Origin: Azolla caroliniana
Lineage: Eukaryota; Plantae; Polypodiophyta
DNA length: 64,000 nucleotides
Assembly: GCA_043228905.1 (NCBI GenBank)
Contig: JBHGNT010000011.1
Span: forward strand, 1,240,001 to 1,304,000
Direction: 5' to 3'
The notes under the pieces are model-generated. The model did not search any database. It was not told where the DNA came from and was given only the letters and a program-made list of their open reading frames with translations. Both the position numbers and the translations under genes were made by a program. Shown here in pieces: positions 1 through 9,616 of the stretch (position 1 is the first letter of the stretch; the number at the start of each line of letters is the position of its first letter).

Positions 1-620
1 TCCGGATCGTTGCGTGAGTCGGGTGGGAACCGCCGGGGTTTTGGACTAGGAAGAGGAGAGTTTTAAGGCTAATAAGAATATAAGTATGTTGTAAGAAAGA
101 GTTATAGCAAACTCGTGAATCCCACAAGTGTATTGTATTTGATTAATCAATATGAATATAAGAATATAAATTTGGGTTGAAAGAGAATGATATAGAATCC
201 TCGTGAATCCCACGAGTATAGTTTATTAATTGGTGTTTTTTAGAAACATATCCAGTTTCCAAATATTTTTCACACACAATTACATTGTGCTCCCCATCCT
301 TATGTAGTGATGGGAGAGACTAAGCATAGCTACATGCTTTTTTTTCTAATATGTTCATGCACACTAAATATGCATGGTTTACCTTTTAATAAAGGTAGGC
401 GCAAATAAAGCACTTATAGTTATTAAATCTATTTATAGAACACTAAAGATAAGGTAGCATAATGGTAAAGTTGAGGTTTGGCTACGTGGAGGTACAGGGT
501 TCGAATCCTGCCCTATGCACGTGATAAATATCTTGATATATTATTTTATTTATTTATATGTAATTAAATCGGTTATATTATTTTTACTTTTTCACGTAGT
601 GTACGAAATACACTACGACA
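1..620 (-). repeat. 3' LTR of the gag-only element (partial)
   Basis: Matches 2680-3299 with about 5 substitutions seen by eye; ends CACTACGACA. Confidence 0.92.
447..515 (+). promoter_or_regulatory. tRNA-like Pol III A-box/B-box module inside LTR (second copy ~3126-3194)
   Basis: TAGCATAATGG at 455-465 and GGTTCGAATCC at 498-508; T4 run at ~544-547. Confidence 0.62.
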
Positions 621-819
621 CTCGCCCCCTCCGAACCCGCACATCCTCCGGTATGTGCCGAAGTTGCCGATGCTCGTTGTCTCCCCTTCATCCTCCGTTT
701 GTCCCGCTATGTCAACTTTGTCTCTCCATTTTGAGTAGACCCATTCTTTTCACCCGAACCATTGTCGCCATCTGATCCACCATATTCTTTGTTCTCTCTC
801 GTCATATTCTTGGCCCTTG

Positions 820-2625
820 TCATTCGTGGTAGTGTCTTTTACTAGCCTCTTTCTTGTCTTCATCAACCTTGACTTTTTTCCGGATCGCTCTCGTCCGATC
901 GACTTTCAGTTTGATCGGCTTCCGATCGGATTCGTATTCGGCCGAATCGGAATCGGTTGTTCGGTTTCGATTGAGTCGGTCTCCTTCCGGCCTGGTTTCG
1001 GTTTCGGTTTCGGTTCGCTTTCTTTTCCTCGTTTTCACCAGCCTCGACTGGTCCAACCTCCGGTTGAGTCGAATTAGCTTCTTTCCGGATCGATCTCGTC
1101 CGATTGGCTTTCGGCTAGGTCGGCTTCCATCCATATTCGCGTTCAGCCAAGTCAGACTCGGTCGATCGGTTTTGACCGAGTCGACCCCTTTTCGGGTCGG
1201 CTTTCTTTCGGGTCGTCTTTCGGCCGAATCCTCATTCGCCCGGTTCGGCTTTCGTTTGTGTCGTCTTTCGGCCGAATTCTCTTCCTTTCGGTTCGGCTTT
1301 CTTTCGGGTCGACTTTCGGTCGAATCCTCTTTTACCCGGTTAGGCTTTCTTTCGGATCGGAATCCCGTCCGGATCACCTTCCATCCGAACCGGCTTCCGA
1401 CTTTACCTTTCTTGCCGCCACCTCCCGTCTCTCCGGTCTCACGTTGCTTCTCGAATACAACCGCCGAAGTCTCTAGAATTAGTGGGTAGGAATCCTCGGT
1501 ATTATCATCCTCCGTTGTTTCACCCATAGCCATATTCTCGGCTATCTCTCTGTCGTATGCATCGACTTCAACCTTTGTTTTCTCTCCGCCACCTTCCGTC
1601 TCTTCGGTCTCACGTTGCCTTTCGAACGCAACCGCCGGAGTCTCTGGAATTAGTGGTGGGGAAGTCTCGATATGGCCATCCGTCGTTGATTCGTCCATAG
1701 CCACCTTCAATTCGATGTCATCTTTCGTGGCGACCTCCTCAATCAAGTCCTCTTTGCTCTCTTTCACTGCATCAATTATGTTTACCCCTTTTTCACCCGA
1801 TGTTTCGGACACTTGTATTCTGAAATCTTCTTCTACACTTGGGTTATCGGCCTTATCCTTCGTCGTTGTTCTTTCGCAAGACAAGAGGGTAGCTTGTTTT
1901 ACACCCTCTTCCGTCGCACCATCATGTTGTATTTCGGCCTTCATATCGGCTCCATCGTTTGTCTTCAATCGACCATCCTTCATCGGCCATGTCGTTGACA
2001 AGATTCTCATCTTCCTCTCATCATGTCTCCGGCATACCCTTTGGACTTCGGCCCAATCTTCGGTAAGACCATTCGTACCTTCATCGTCTTCGAGTTCGAT
2101 CCCGATGTCCATCCTTTCTTTTCGATCGATCAATTTTACGAACATTAGGACTTTATCCTCCCCCACCAATCGTTGTTCCCGCTCCGAGAGTTGAGCAAGA
2201 CGATGCTCGAACTCTAGGAATGCTTGTGTTGCACTTCGGTGGGTCTTCTCCGATGCCACCCATTCGTCGAATTCTCGCCGATCTTGTCCCTTCGATCTCT
2301 TGTAATCATATGACTCTCGTAAAGCTTCTTCGAATGACCCCCATGTCGAGTTTTGTTGCCGTATCTTGTGGATTCTCTCTTGTAGCTCATCCGTGGCCAC
2401 CCGATTGAAGGATGTCACTTGCAATCCTTCCGGTATCCCACATCGTATCATCTCCGCCTTGTAGTCACGTAGATAGCGTGACACATCGTTTCCGTTGAAT
2501 TGTCCGTTTCGTTGTACGAGCCGCTTTACTGCCCCCGTGATCTCCGACATCACTCGTTGTTCTTGTAGCATCCGCTCGAACATCATCATCATCGTTATGC
2601 TCATTGCCTCTTGTTGATTCTCCAT
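820..2625 (-). CDS. gag: Gag-like protein (601 aa from first ATG) with long acidic then basic repetitive C-terminus
   Basis: Uninterrupted ORF; N-terminal ~190 aa align by eye with the Gag at 10434-11072 (EFEHRLAQLS/EFERRFARLS, KVLMFVK/RVLLFVK, GLTEDWAEVQRVC/GLTVDWAMVRRVC). Confidence 0.8.
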   Translation of the reverse strand: MENQQEAMSITMMMMFERMLQEQRVMSEITGAVKRLVQRNGQFNGNDVSRYLRDYKAEMIRCGIPEGLQVTSFNRVATDELQERIHKIRQQNSTWGSFEEALRESYDYKRSKGQDRREFDEWVASEKTHRSATQAFLEFEHRLAQLSEREQRLVGEDKVLMFVKLIDRKERMDIGIELEDDEGTNGLTEDWAEVQRVCRRHDERKMRILSTTWPMKDGRLKTNDGADMKAEIQHDGATEEGVKQATLLSCERTTTKDKADNPSVEEDFRIQVSETSGEKGVNIIDAVKESKEDLIEEVATKDDIELKVAMDESTTDGHIETSPPLIPETPAVAFERQRETEETEGGGEKTKVEVDAYDREIAENMAMGETTEDDNTEDSYPLILETSAVVFEKQRETGETGGGGKKGKVGSRFGWKVIRTGFRSERKPNRVKEDSTESRPERKPNRKEENSAERRHKRKPNRANEDSAERRPERKPTRKGVDSVKTDRPSLTWLNANMDGSRPSRKPIGRDRSGKKLIRLNRRLDQSRLVKTRKRKRTETETETRPEGDRLNRNRTTDSDSAEYESDRKPIKLKVDRTRAIRKKVKVDEDKKEASKRHYHE

Positions 2626-2641
2626 CTCCTTGCCACCCGCC

Positions 2642-2659
2642 TTCACGTCGGGTTCACCA
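2642..2659 (-). promoter_or_regulatory. Primer-binding site complementary to tRNA-Trp
   Basis: TGGTGAACCCGACGTGAA on - strand, 4 nt from the LTR; complementary to the plant tRNA-Trp 3' end as I recall it (TTCACGTCGGGTTCA-CCA). Confidence 0.78.
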
Positions 2660-2663
2660 ACTG

Positions 2664-3299
2664 TGTCGTGCCTTTCGGCTCCGGATCGTTGCGTGAGTCG
2701 GGTGGGAACCGCCGGGGTTTTGGACTAGGAAGAGGAGAGTTTTAAGGCTAATAAGAATATAAATATGTTGTAAGAAAGAGTTATAGCAAACTCGTGAATC
2801 CTACGAGTGTATTGTATTTGATTAATCAATATGAATATAAGAATATAAATTTGGGTTGAAAGAGAATGATATAGAATCCTCGTGAATCCCACGAGTATAG
2901 TTTATTAATTGGTGTTTTTTAGAAACATATCCAGTTTCCAAATATTTTTCACACACAATTACATTGTGCTCCCCATCCTTATGTAGTGATGGGAGAGACT
3001 AAGCATAGCTACATGCTTTTTTTTCTAATATGTTCATGCACACTAAATATGCATGGTTTACCTTTTAATAAAGGTAGGCGCAAATAAAGCACTTATAGTT
3101 ATTAAATCTATTTATAGAACACTAAAGATAAGGTAGCATAATGGTAAAGTTGAGGTTTGGCTACGTGGAGGTACAAGGTTCGAATCTTGCCCTATGCACG
3201 TGATAAATATCTTGATATATTATTTTATTTATTTATATGTAATTAAATCGGTTATATTATTTTTACTTTTTCACGTAGTGTACGAAATACACTACGACA
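2664..3299 (-). repeat. 5' LTR of the gag-only element (636 bp)
   Basis: TG...CA termini with 6-bp inverted ends; direct repeat of 1-620. Confidence 0.92.
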
Positions 3300-5529
3300 G
3301 CGTAAACCGAAAGGCCGTTAGTGTGGTATTCCTCGTAAGGAATAATTTTGGGAGTTAGTGTAGTAGGCTCATTTATGAGCAATCAAGTACTGTTAGTACT
3401 TGTGTCCGCCCGATAGTCAAGGCTTGTATAAAAGGTGCTCACTGAGCACGAAGTATGTACAGAGTGTCATTATTTTGAAATAGAACTGAGTTTTCTGCTC
3501 TCTCTCTGTCTCTCCATCTCCATTTCCATCTCCATCTTTGTGTTTTCTGCGTTTACTGAACTATCTTATTTCCGAACTGTGTACTCTATGTTTATACACA
3601 CGCTTCCGCACACGTATTCTTTTACATGGTATCAGAACGCGAGGGTTGAAGTCCTCTGCAGCCGACAAGCAAAGGTTGCGACAAAACAGAGTTGAAGTTG
3701 TTCCTCGTTTTTTTTTCGGAAAAGAAAAAGACAGTAATATGGACAGAGGTATGGGAAGCTCGCTACCGACGGAAAAGCTCGACAGGAGCAACTACGCACC
3801 TTGGTCGTACAAGATGCATCAATACCTGCTTGGTCACGGCTACTGTAGTTATGTCGAAGGAGCTAATGATGTAGCACCCGATTCGACACACAGAGATTTT
3901 TCGGCTTGAGAACAAGCGGCAAGCAGAGTTCTCTACTACTTTGCATCCTGTGTGAGAGACCAACTATTGAGCTATATTCGGGATGCTAAGAAGCCAAAGG
4001 ACGCGTGGGTGAATCTCAAAAAGATTTTTGCCGCAAGCACAACAACCAAGAAGATGTAGCTCAAGCAGGAGCTCAGCAATGTCCGGTAGAAAGATCTGTT
4101 TGTGGCTGATTACACAACCCGAATCAAGGAAATCTGCGATTCTCTCACCTCCGTCAACGTGAACGTTGAGGAAGATGAAATGGTGCAAGTTTGCCTTGGT
4201 GGGCTAGCGTCCAGGTTCGGAGCCTTCCGAACGATGGTCTATACAAGGGAGAATACGCCTTCATTCTTCGAGCTTCAGTCAATGTTGCTGGTGGAGGAAA
4301 ATTACGCGGGTGCATCGACGAGTAAGCACACTGACGATAAGATGTTGTACACGGAGGAAGATAGGCCCTGTGGTCGTGATGGACGAGACGGATCGACACG
4401 CAATGCATGTGACCGACAAGAGCAGAATAGGCGGCATAATCAAAATGCTGACAGTAGTTTCGAACCCTCCACAAGTAGGGGGAGTCATGGCGGCGCCAGA
4501 AGTTGGCAGGAGAAGGCCGCATCGGAATGCTGGTACTGTGGCAAGAAAGGCCACAAGAAGAGCAAGTGCTGGAAAAAGAGAGCCGATTCGGACAAAGCCG
4601 GATCGAGCCGAAGAGACGTAGAGAGGCGTCATAGATCGCACTACACAGAAGGCTGTGAACGAGTCGAAAACAAATCGGGCCCAACCTTCATAATGAAGCA
4701 TAAGGCCGATTCTATGGCCGTGAACACCTTGAAATCAAGCGAGGTGTGGTATGTTGATTCCGGAGCATCAAATCATATGACGAGTCATGAGGAATGGTTC
4801 TCGTACTTGGAGAAACAGGAATCGCAAGGAGTGGTCGAAACGGGAGACGACACTCCGCATACCATCGAACATGTCGGCGAAGTTCCCCTCAGCCACGTCG
4901 GGAAAAAAGGGAAACTCATGAATTTATTGCACATCCTGACAATAACGAAGAACCTGGTGTCGGTCGATCAGATCGTCGACTAGGGAATGCAGGTTCGATT
5001 CACGCATCTCGGCTGCTTCATAGAAGAGGAAGGCAAAGTAATCGTGCAAGGGCGCCGTGAAGGGAGGATGTTTATCCTCGACACTAATCAAGCCGGCACC
5101 GCATTATACGCGAAAGGACAAAAGGTCGAATCGGACATCGACCTGTGGCACAAACGGTTCGGCCATGTAAATTTCTCATGGCTTCATGAGATGTAGATGA
5201 AGAACATTGTTTTCAGCTTGCCGAAATTTCGGGGCCGTAATGGCCAAGTCTGTGAAGCCTGTAAGATGGGAAAACATCATCAACTTCCATTCCCCAATGA
5301 GCGTAATCGTAGTCAAAGTCCGCTGGATTTGATTCATTCAGATGTGTGGGGACTGGCACAGAACGTGAGTCTCGGTGGAAGCCGTTACTTTGTAACCTTC
5401 ATCGACAACTTCACTCGGCACACGTGGGTATGCACGATCGCGAAGAAGAGCGAAGGCTTCGCATGTTTCCTGAAGGTGAAGAGCCTTGCGGAAAGGGAAA
5501 CATGGCGTAAGATCAAATGCCTACGGTCC
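3300..5529 (+). mobile_element. Ty1/copia element, family A (partial 5' LTR, PBS-Met, decayed gag-protease-integrase)
   Basis: LTR end TTTTACA at 3626; PBS TGGTATCAGAACG at 3627; CWYCGKKGHKKSKC knuckle, WYVDSGASNHM protease, LWHKRFGH, DLIHSDVWG; several in-frame stops; cut by a gypsy LTR at 5530. Confidence 0.92.
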
Positions 5530-8500
5530 TGTTAGAGACATAGACTAATGTAAGCATTAGATAACCTTGGATCAAATATAGATGAATAGATAGAAAGGAG
5601 AGAGAGAAAGAAGGGTGCCGATCCACCCCACCCGACCACCCCCGAGCGAAGGGATCGAGATGGACTCGAGCCTCGATCGGCGTCCCATACCACCGCCGTG
5701 GCATCGAGTCGTACCTGGTGCTGGCGCGCTCGCTACAAGAGTTGACCCACCACAAGACAGAGTCTCGATGTAGCCAACAAGATGATCAAATGAGGGTAGC
5801 TAAGCCTCGTATTTATAGCGATACCCAAGGCCCCCAGCCATGTTCACACTTGGCCTAATGGGTTGTCTCAATCCCGAGGATTAAAATTAATCCTCCCTTT
5901 CTTTACACTCTCATTTAACCCTCACACTTAACCATGTGTATAGAATACTACGATAAATTCTCACCACGGGATATTATATGGTCATGCCCGTAACATACTC
6001 CCCCTCTTTAAAACATTGCACTCTTGCAATGGAAAGTTAAGGAAGTTAGTTCTGAGAGTATTTTCGCGTTCCCATGTGGCATCTTTTATTGATTTATAAA
6101 TCCATTTTATTTTAAATTCTCAGATTTCTTTAGTACGTAATTTTTTTGTTTTAACATCGAGAATTCTTTCTGGTACATGTGGTTTAGAAGATAATTCTTC
6201 TGAAGTAACTAGAGTTTCAGTTGTAATTGTATTATCGCCAAAACCTAGAAGTTCTTTTAGACGAGTCACATGAAAAACTGGATGAATTCTAACACCATCG
6301 GGAAGAGCGAGACAATAGGATGATGACCCAATGCGTTTGAGGATTGTAAAAGGTCCACAAAACCGTGGGGTTAACTTAGTGCACTTACCCGTAGACAATG
6401 TCTTAGAATTGTGAGGTACACGTAAAAATACCTTCTGTCTAGGGTTGAATACATGAGGTTGCCTATGATGATCGGCATAAAAACGTGCTCTATCTTGAGC
6501 TGTTTTTATATTATCTCGTGCAATATGCAACATATCTTGCATATCCCGAAGAAAGTTTTGCGTACTTCGCAACTCATCATGATGTATAGTAACATCAATC
6601 GGGGCTCGTGGCTGAAAACTATACATCAACATAAAAGGACTATATCCCGTCGACGTATGCTTGGAGCTGTTATAAGAAAACTCCAAAATTGGGAGATAAC
6701 GTTCCCATTTTGTTGGTTTTGCACCAACATATGCTCGAAGCATGTCCTCAATAATTTGATTTACTCGTTTTGTTTGTCCATCGGATTGAGGATGATCCGT
6801 GGAGCTCATGCTCAACGTAGTTTCTAACTTCTTGAAGACTTGCGCGCAGAAGTCACTAGTAAATTTTGGATCTCAATCACTCACAATATCCATCGGTAAC
6901 CCATAAAAATGAAATAACTCGTCAACGAATTGGTAAGCCAATTCAGGAGTTGTTACCGTGGTTTTAGTAGCAATAAATCTGGCCATTTTAGTTAGTCGAT
7001 CAACCACAACCCAGATGGCATCATGGCCTTTTCGGGTGCGAGGAAGGCTAACAATAAAATCCATGGATATACTTTCCCACTTATTGTTGGGAATGTCCAA
7101 GAGATGTAAAAGTCCTACGGCTTTAAGTCGCTCGACTTTGTTAACCTGACATTGGTGACATTTAGTCACATAGCTATGTATGTCAGGGCGTATCTTAGGC
7201 CAATAGAATTGAGTGGAGATGAGAACGAGTGTACGATGTATTCTAGGGTGCCCTACTGAGGGTGCATCATGGCATTAAAAAACAATCCTCTTTTTGACCT
7301 CGGGTAAATCTGGAACACAAACCTTCCCATTACGGTAGAGCAGACCGTTAGCAATGTGGAAGTATTCCTTCGAGGATGTGGTGGTGTCTGTTCCAGACTC
7401 AACTTTTGCCCAGTATTTTGCAAAATAACTGTCATCAGGATACTTCCCTCGAAGGTGATCATAAAGATCTTATGATATTTCAGTGAAGCTAAGCATGTTA
7501 ACTTCATGGATGCGACTTAGTGCATCAGCGACAATGTGGAAGTATTCCTTCGAGGATGTGGTGGTGTTTGTTCCAGACTCAACTCTTGCCCAGTATTTTG
7601 CAAAATAACTGTCATCAGGATACTTCCCTCGAAGGTGATCATAAAGATCTTATGATATTTCAGTGAAGCTAAGCATGTTAACTTCATGGATGCGACTTAG
7701 TGCATCAGCGACAATGTGGAAGTATTCCTTCGAGGATGTGGTGGTGTTTGTTCCAGACTCAACTCTTGCCCAGTATTTTGCAAAATAACTGTCATCAGGA
7801 TACTTCCCTCGAAGGTGATCATAAAGATCTTATGATATTTCAGTGAAGCTAAGCATGTTAACTTCCTGGATGCGACTTAGTGCATCAGTGACAATGTTCG
7901 TGGAACCTTTACCATATCATATGGAAAAATCAAAGTCCTGGATGAGATCAGCCCATCGTGCCTTACGACCTTTCAGGTCTTGTTGGTCACAAAAATATTT
8001 CATGGACTCGTAGTCCGTAGTTACCACAAGGCGATTTCCATAAAGATAATGGCGCCATGTTTTGAGCGCCTGTATAATTGCAAATAATTCTTTTTCTTGA
8101 ATGGTATACCGACATTGAGCAGAATCAAGTTTCTTACTCTTGAATGCTATTCGTTTACCATCTTGATGTAAGACAACACCAATAGCATAATCGCTTGCAT
8201 CGGTTTCAACCTCAAAAGGTTTGAAGGATCGGGTAAAAGAAGTGAAGGAGCCTTGCACAGTAGGTACCTGAGTTCCTTAAAGGCGAGGTCTAGTGTAGCA
8301 TTCCACACAATAGGTTTTGTAGACTTACGTGTTTGACCTTTTAGAAGATCAGTAAACGGTGTTGTCAATTGGGAGTAATTACGAAGAGATTTTCGCAAAA
8401 ACCCGACAAAACCAAGGAGTGATCGAACTTCTCGAATATTCCGAAGAGTGGGCCAAAGCTTGATCTTCTCGATGTGAGAAGGATCAATTTTAACTCCTCA

Positions 8501-9616
8501 TTCGGTTATGAGATGTCCAAGATAAGTAATTGATTTCTTGAAGAACTCACATTTTGAGATCTTCGCATAAAACTGTTTGTAACACAATGTTTATAAAACA
8601 AAACGGACATGTTTAGCATGTTCTTGTAATGTACGACTATAAACTAAAATATCATCCAAGAAAATAACGACAAATTTTCCAAGTTGTTCTCGGAAAATGT
8701 CATTCACTTCTTGTTGAAATGTAGCCGGAGCATTGGTCAAACCAAAAGGCATAACCAAAAACTCATAATGGCCATAGCGCGTATGAAATGCCGTTTTAGG
8801 AACATCGTCCTCACTTATACGTATTTGATGGTAGCCAACACGGAGATCAAGTTTCGTAAAATACTGAGCTCCCTGGCGACGGTCAATTAGATCGTCAGCC
8901 TGGGGCAATGGATACGAATTCTTGATCGTCACTTTATTCAAGCGTCGGTAATTAATACACATACGCCATGTGCCCTCTTTCTTTTTAACCAAGAGAATTG
9001 ATGCACCCCATGGAGATTTACAATAACGTATATAACCCATTCGTAAATAGTCCTTGAGTTGCTTAGATACCTCATCCTCTTCGGATCGACTTAAGCGATA
9101 AGGACGTATACTTATTGGTGCAACGCCAGGTACAATATCTATACGATGGTCTATATTATGTTTAGGAGGTAACCCATCTAGTAGTTCACTCGGAAAAACA
9201 TCACGAAAATCATTTAAGATTTCATCAAGTTGTTGTTGTTCAAAATATGTTAATTGAACCGAGACATTATCAATATTGTAAACATAAATGTCCGGATCAA
9301 GTACACAATAAAATAGAGTAGAACAAGAAAACTCGGATATTGATGGACACGAGGAAACAATTGAGAGGGATTGTTTTTTTACACATTGAATAAAATGAGT
9401 ACAATCGTTTAGTACAAATGTAATTGAATGATGAACCCAATCAATAAATAAAGAAGAGTTTTTATTATAGAACCAGGGATAACCCAGTATTACATCAGTG
9501 GTACAAAGATTCATTACATGGAAGTCTACTTCCTCTATATAAGTATCAATAGAAATTCCTAATGAATGAATCACCCCATTGATGTATTGTACTCTTCCAT
9601 CAGCCAAGTGCACCAT
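5530..9616 (-). mobile_element. Ty3/gypsy chromovirus (3' LTR 5530-5995, decayed pol with chromodomain)
   Basis: TGTTA...TAACA LTR and PPT AAAGAGGGGGAGTA; RT ([23 protein letters not shown]), RNase H (ETDASDYAIG), INT (SISMDFI, HPQSDGQT), C-terminal PERILD...FKIKW...DATWE chromodomain. Confidence 0.92.
7352..7897. repeat. 3 x 180-bp tandem repeat inside gypsy pol
   Basis: Units start at 7352, 7532 and 7712; CAATGT at the junctions. Confidence 0.95.

Larger units (their letters stand above)
1..3299 (-). mobile_element. Non-autonomous gag-only LTR retrotransposon (TR-GAG-like), gypsy-related, tRNA-Trp primed
   Basis: Near-identical direct repeats 1-620 (cut by window start) and 2664-3299 with TGTCGT...ACGACA ends; PBS next to the right LTR; PPT GGAGGGGGCGAG on - strand next to the left LTR; one long ORF and no pol. 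Confidence 0.88.

Noticed and set aside
447-515. Functional tRNA gene
   Set aside because: No consistent acceptor or anticodon stem; reported only as a tRNA-like promoter module.
854-2194. Long + strand ORFs (211 and 159 aa)
   Set aside because: Antisense shadows of the repetitive gag ORF; Ser/Phe-rich with no independent signal.
3907-5196. Stop codons repaired by U-to-C editing or readthrough
   Set aside because: Stops correspond to CAG/TGG codons in sister copies and differ among copies, as expected from methylcytosine deamination.
7352-7897. CRISPR-like array (also considered for 27100-27350 and 56237-57110)
   Set aside because: Plain tandem repeats without unique spacers; eukaryotic TE context and no cas genes.
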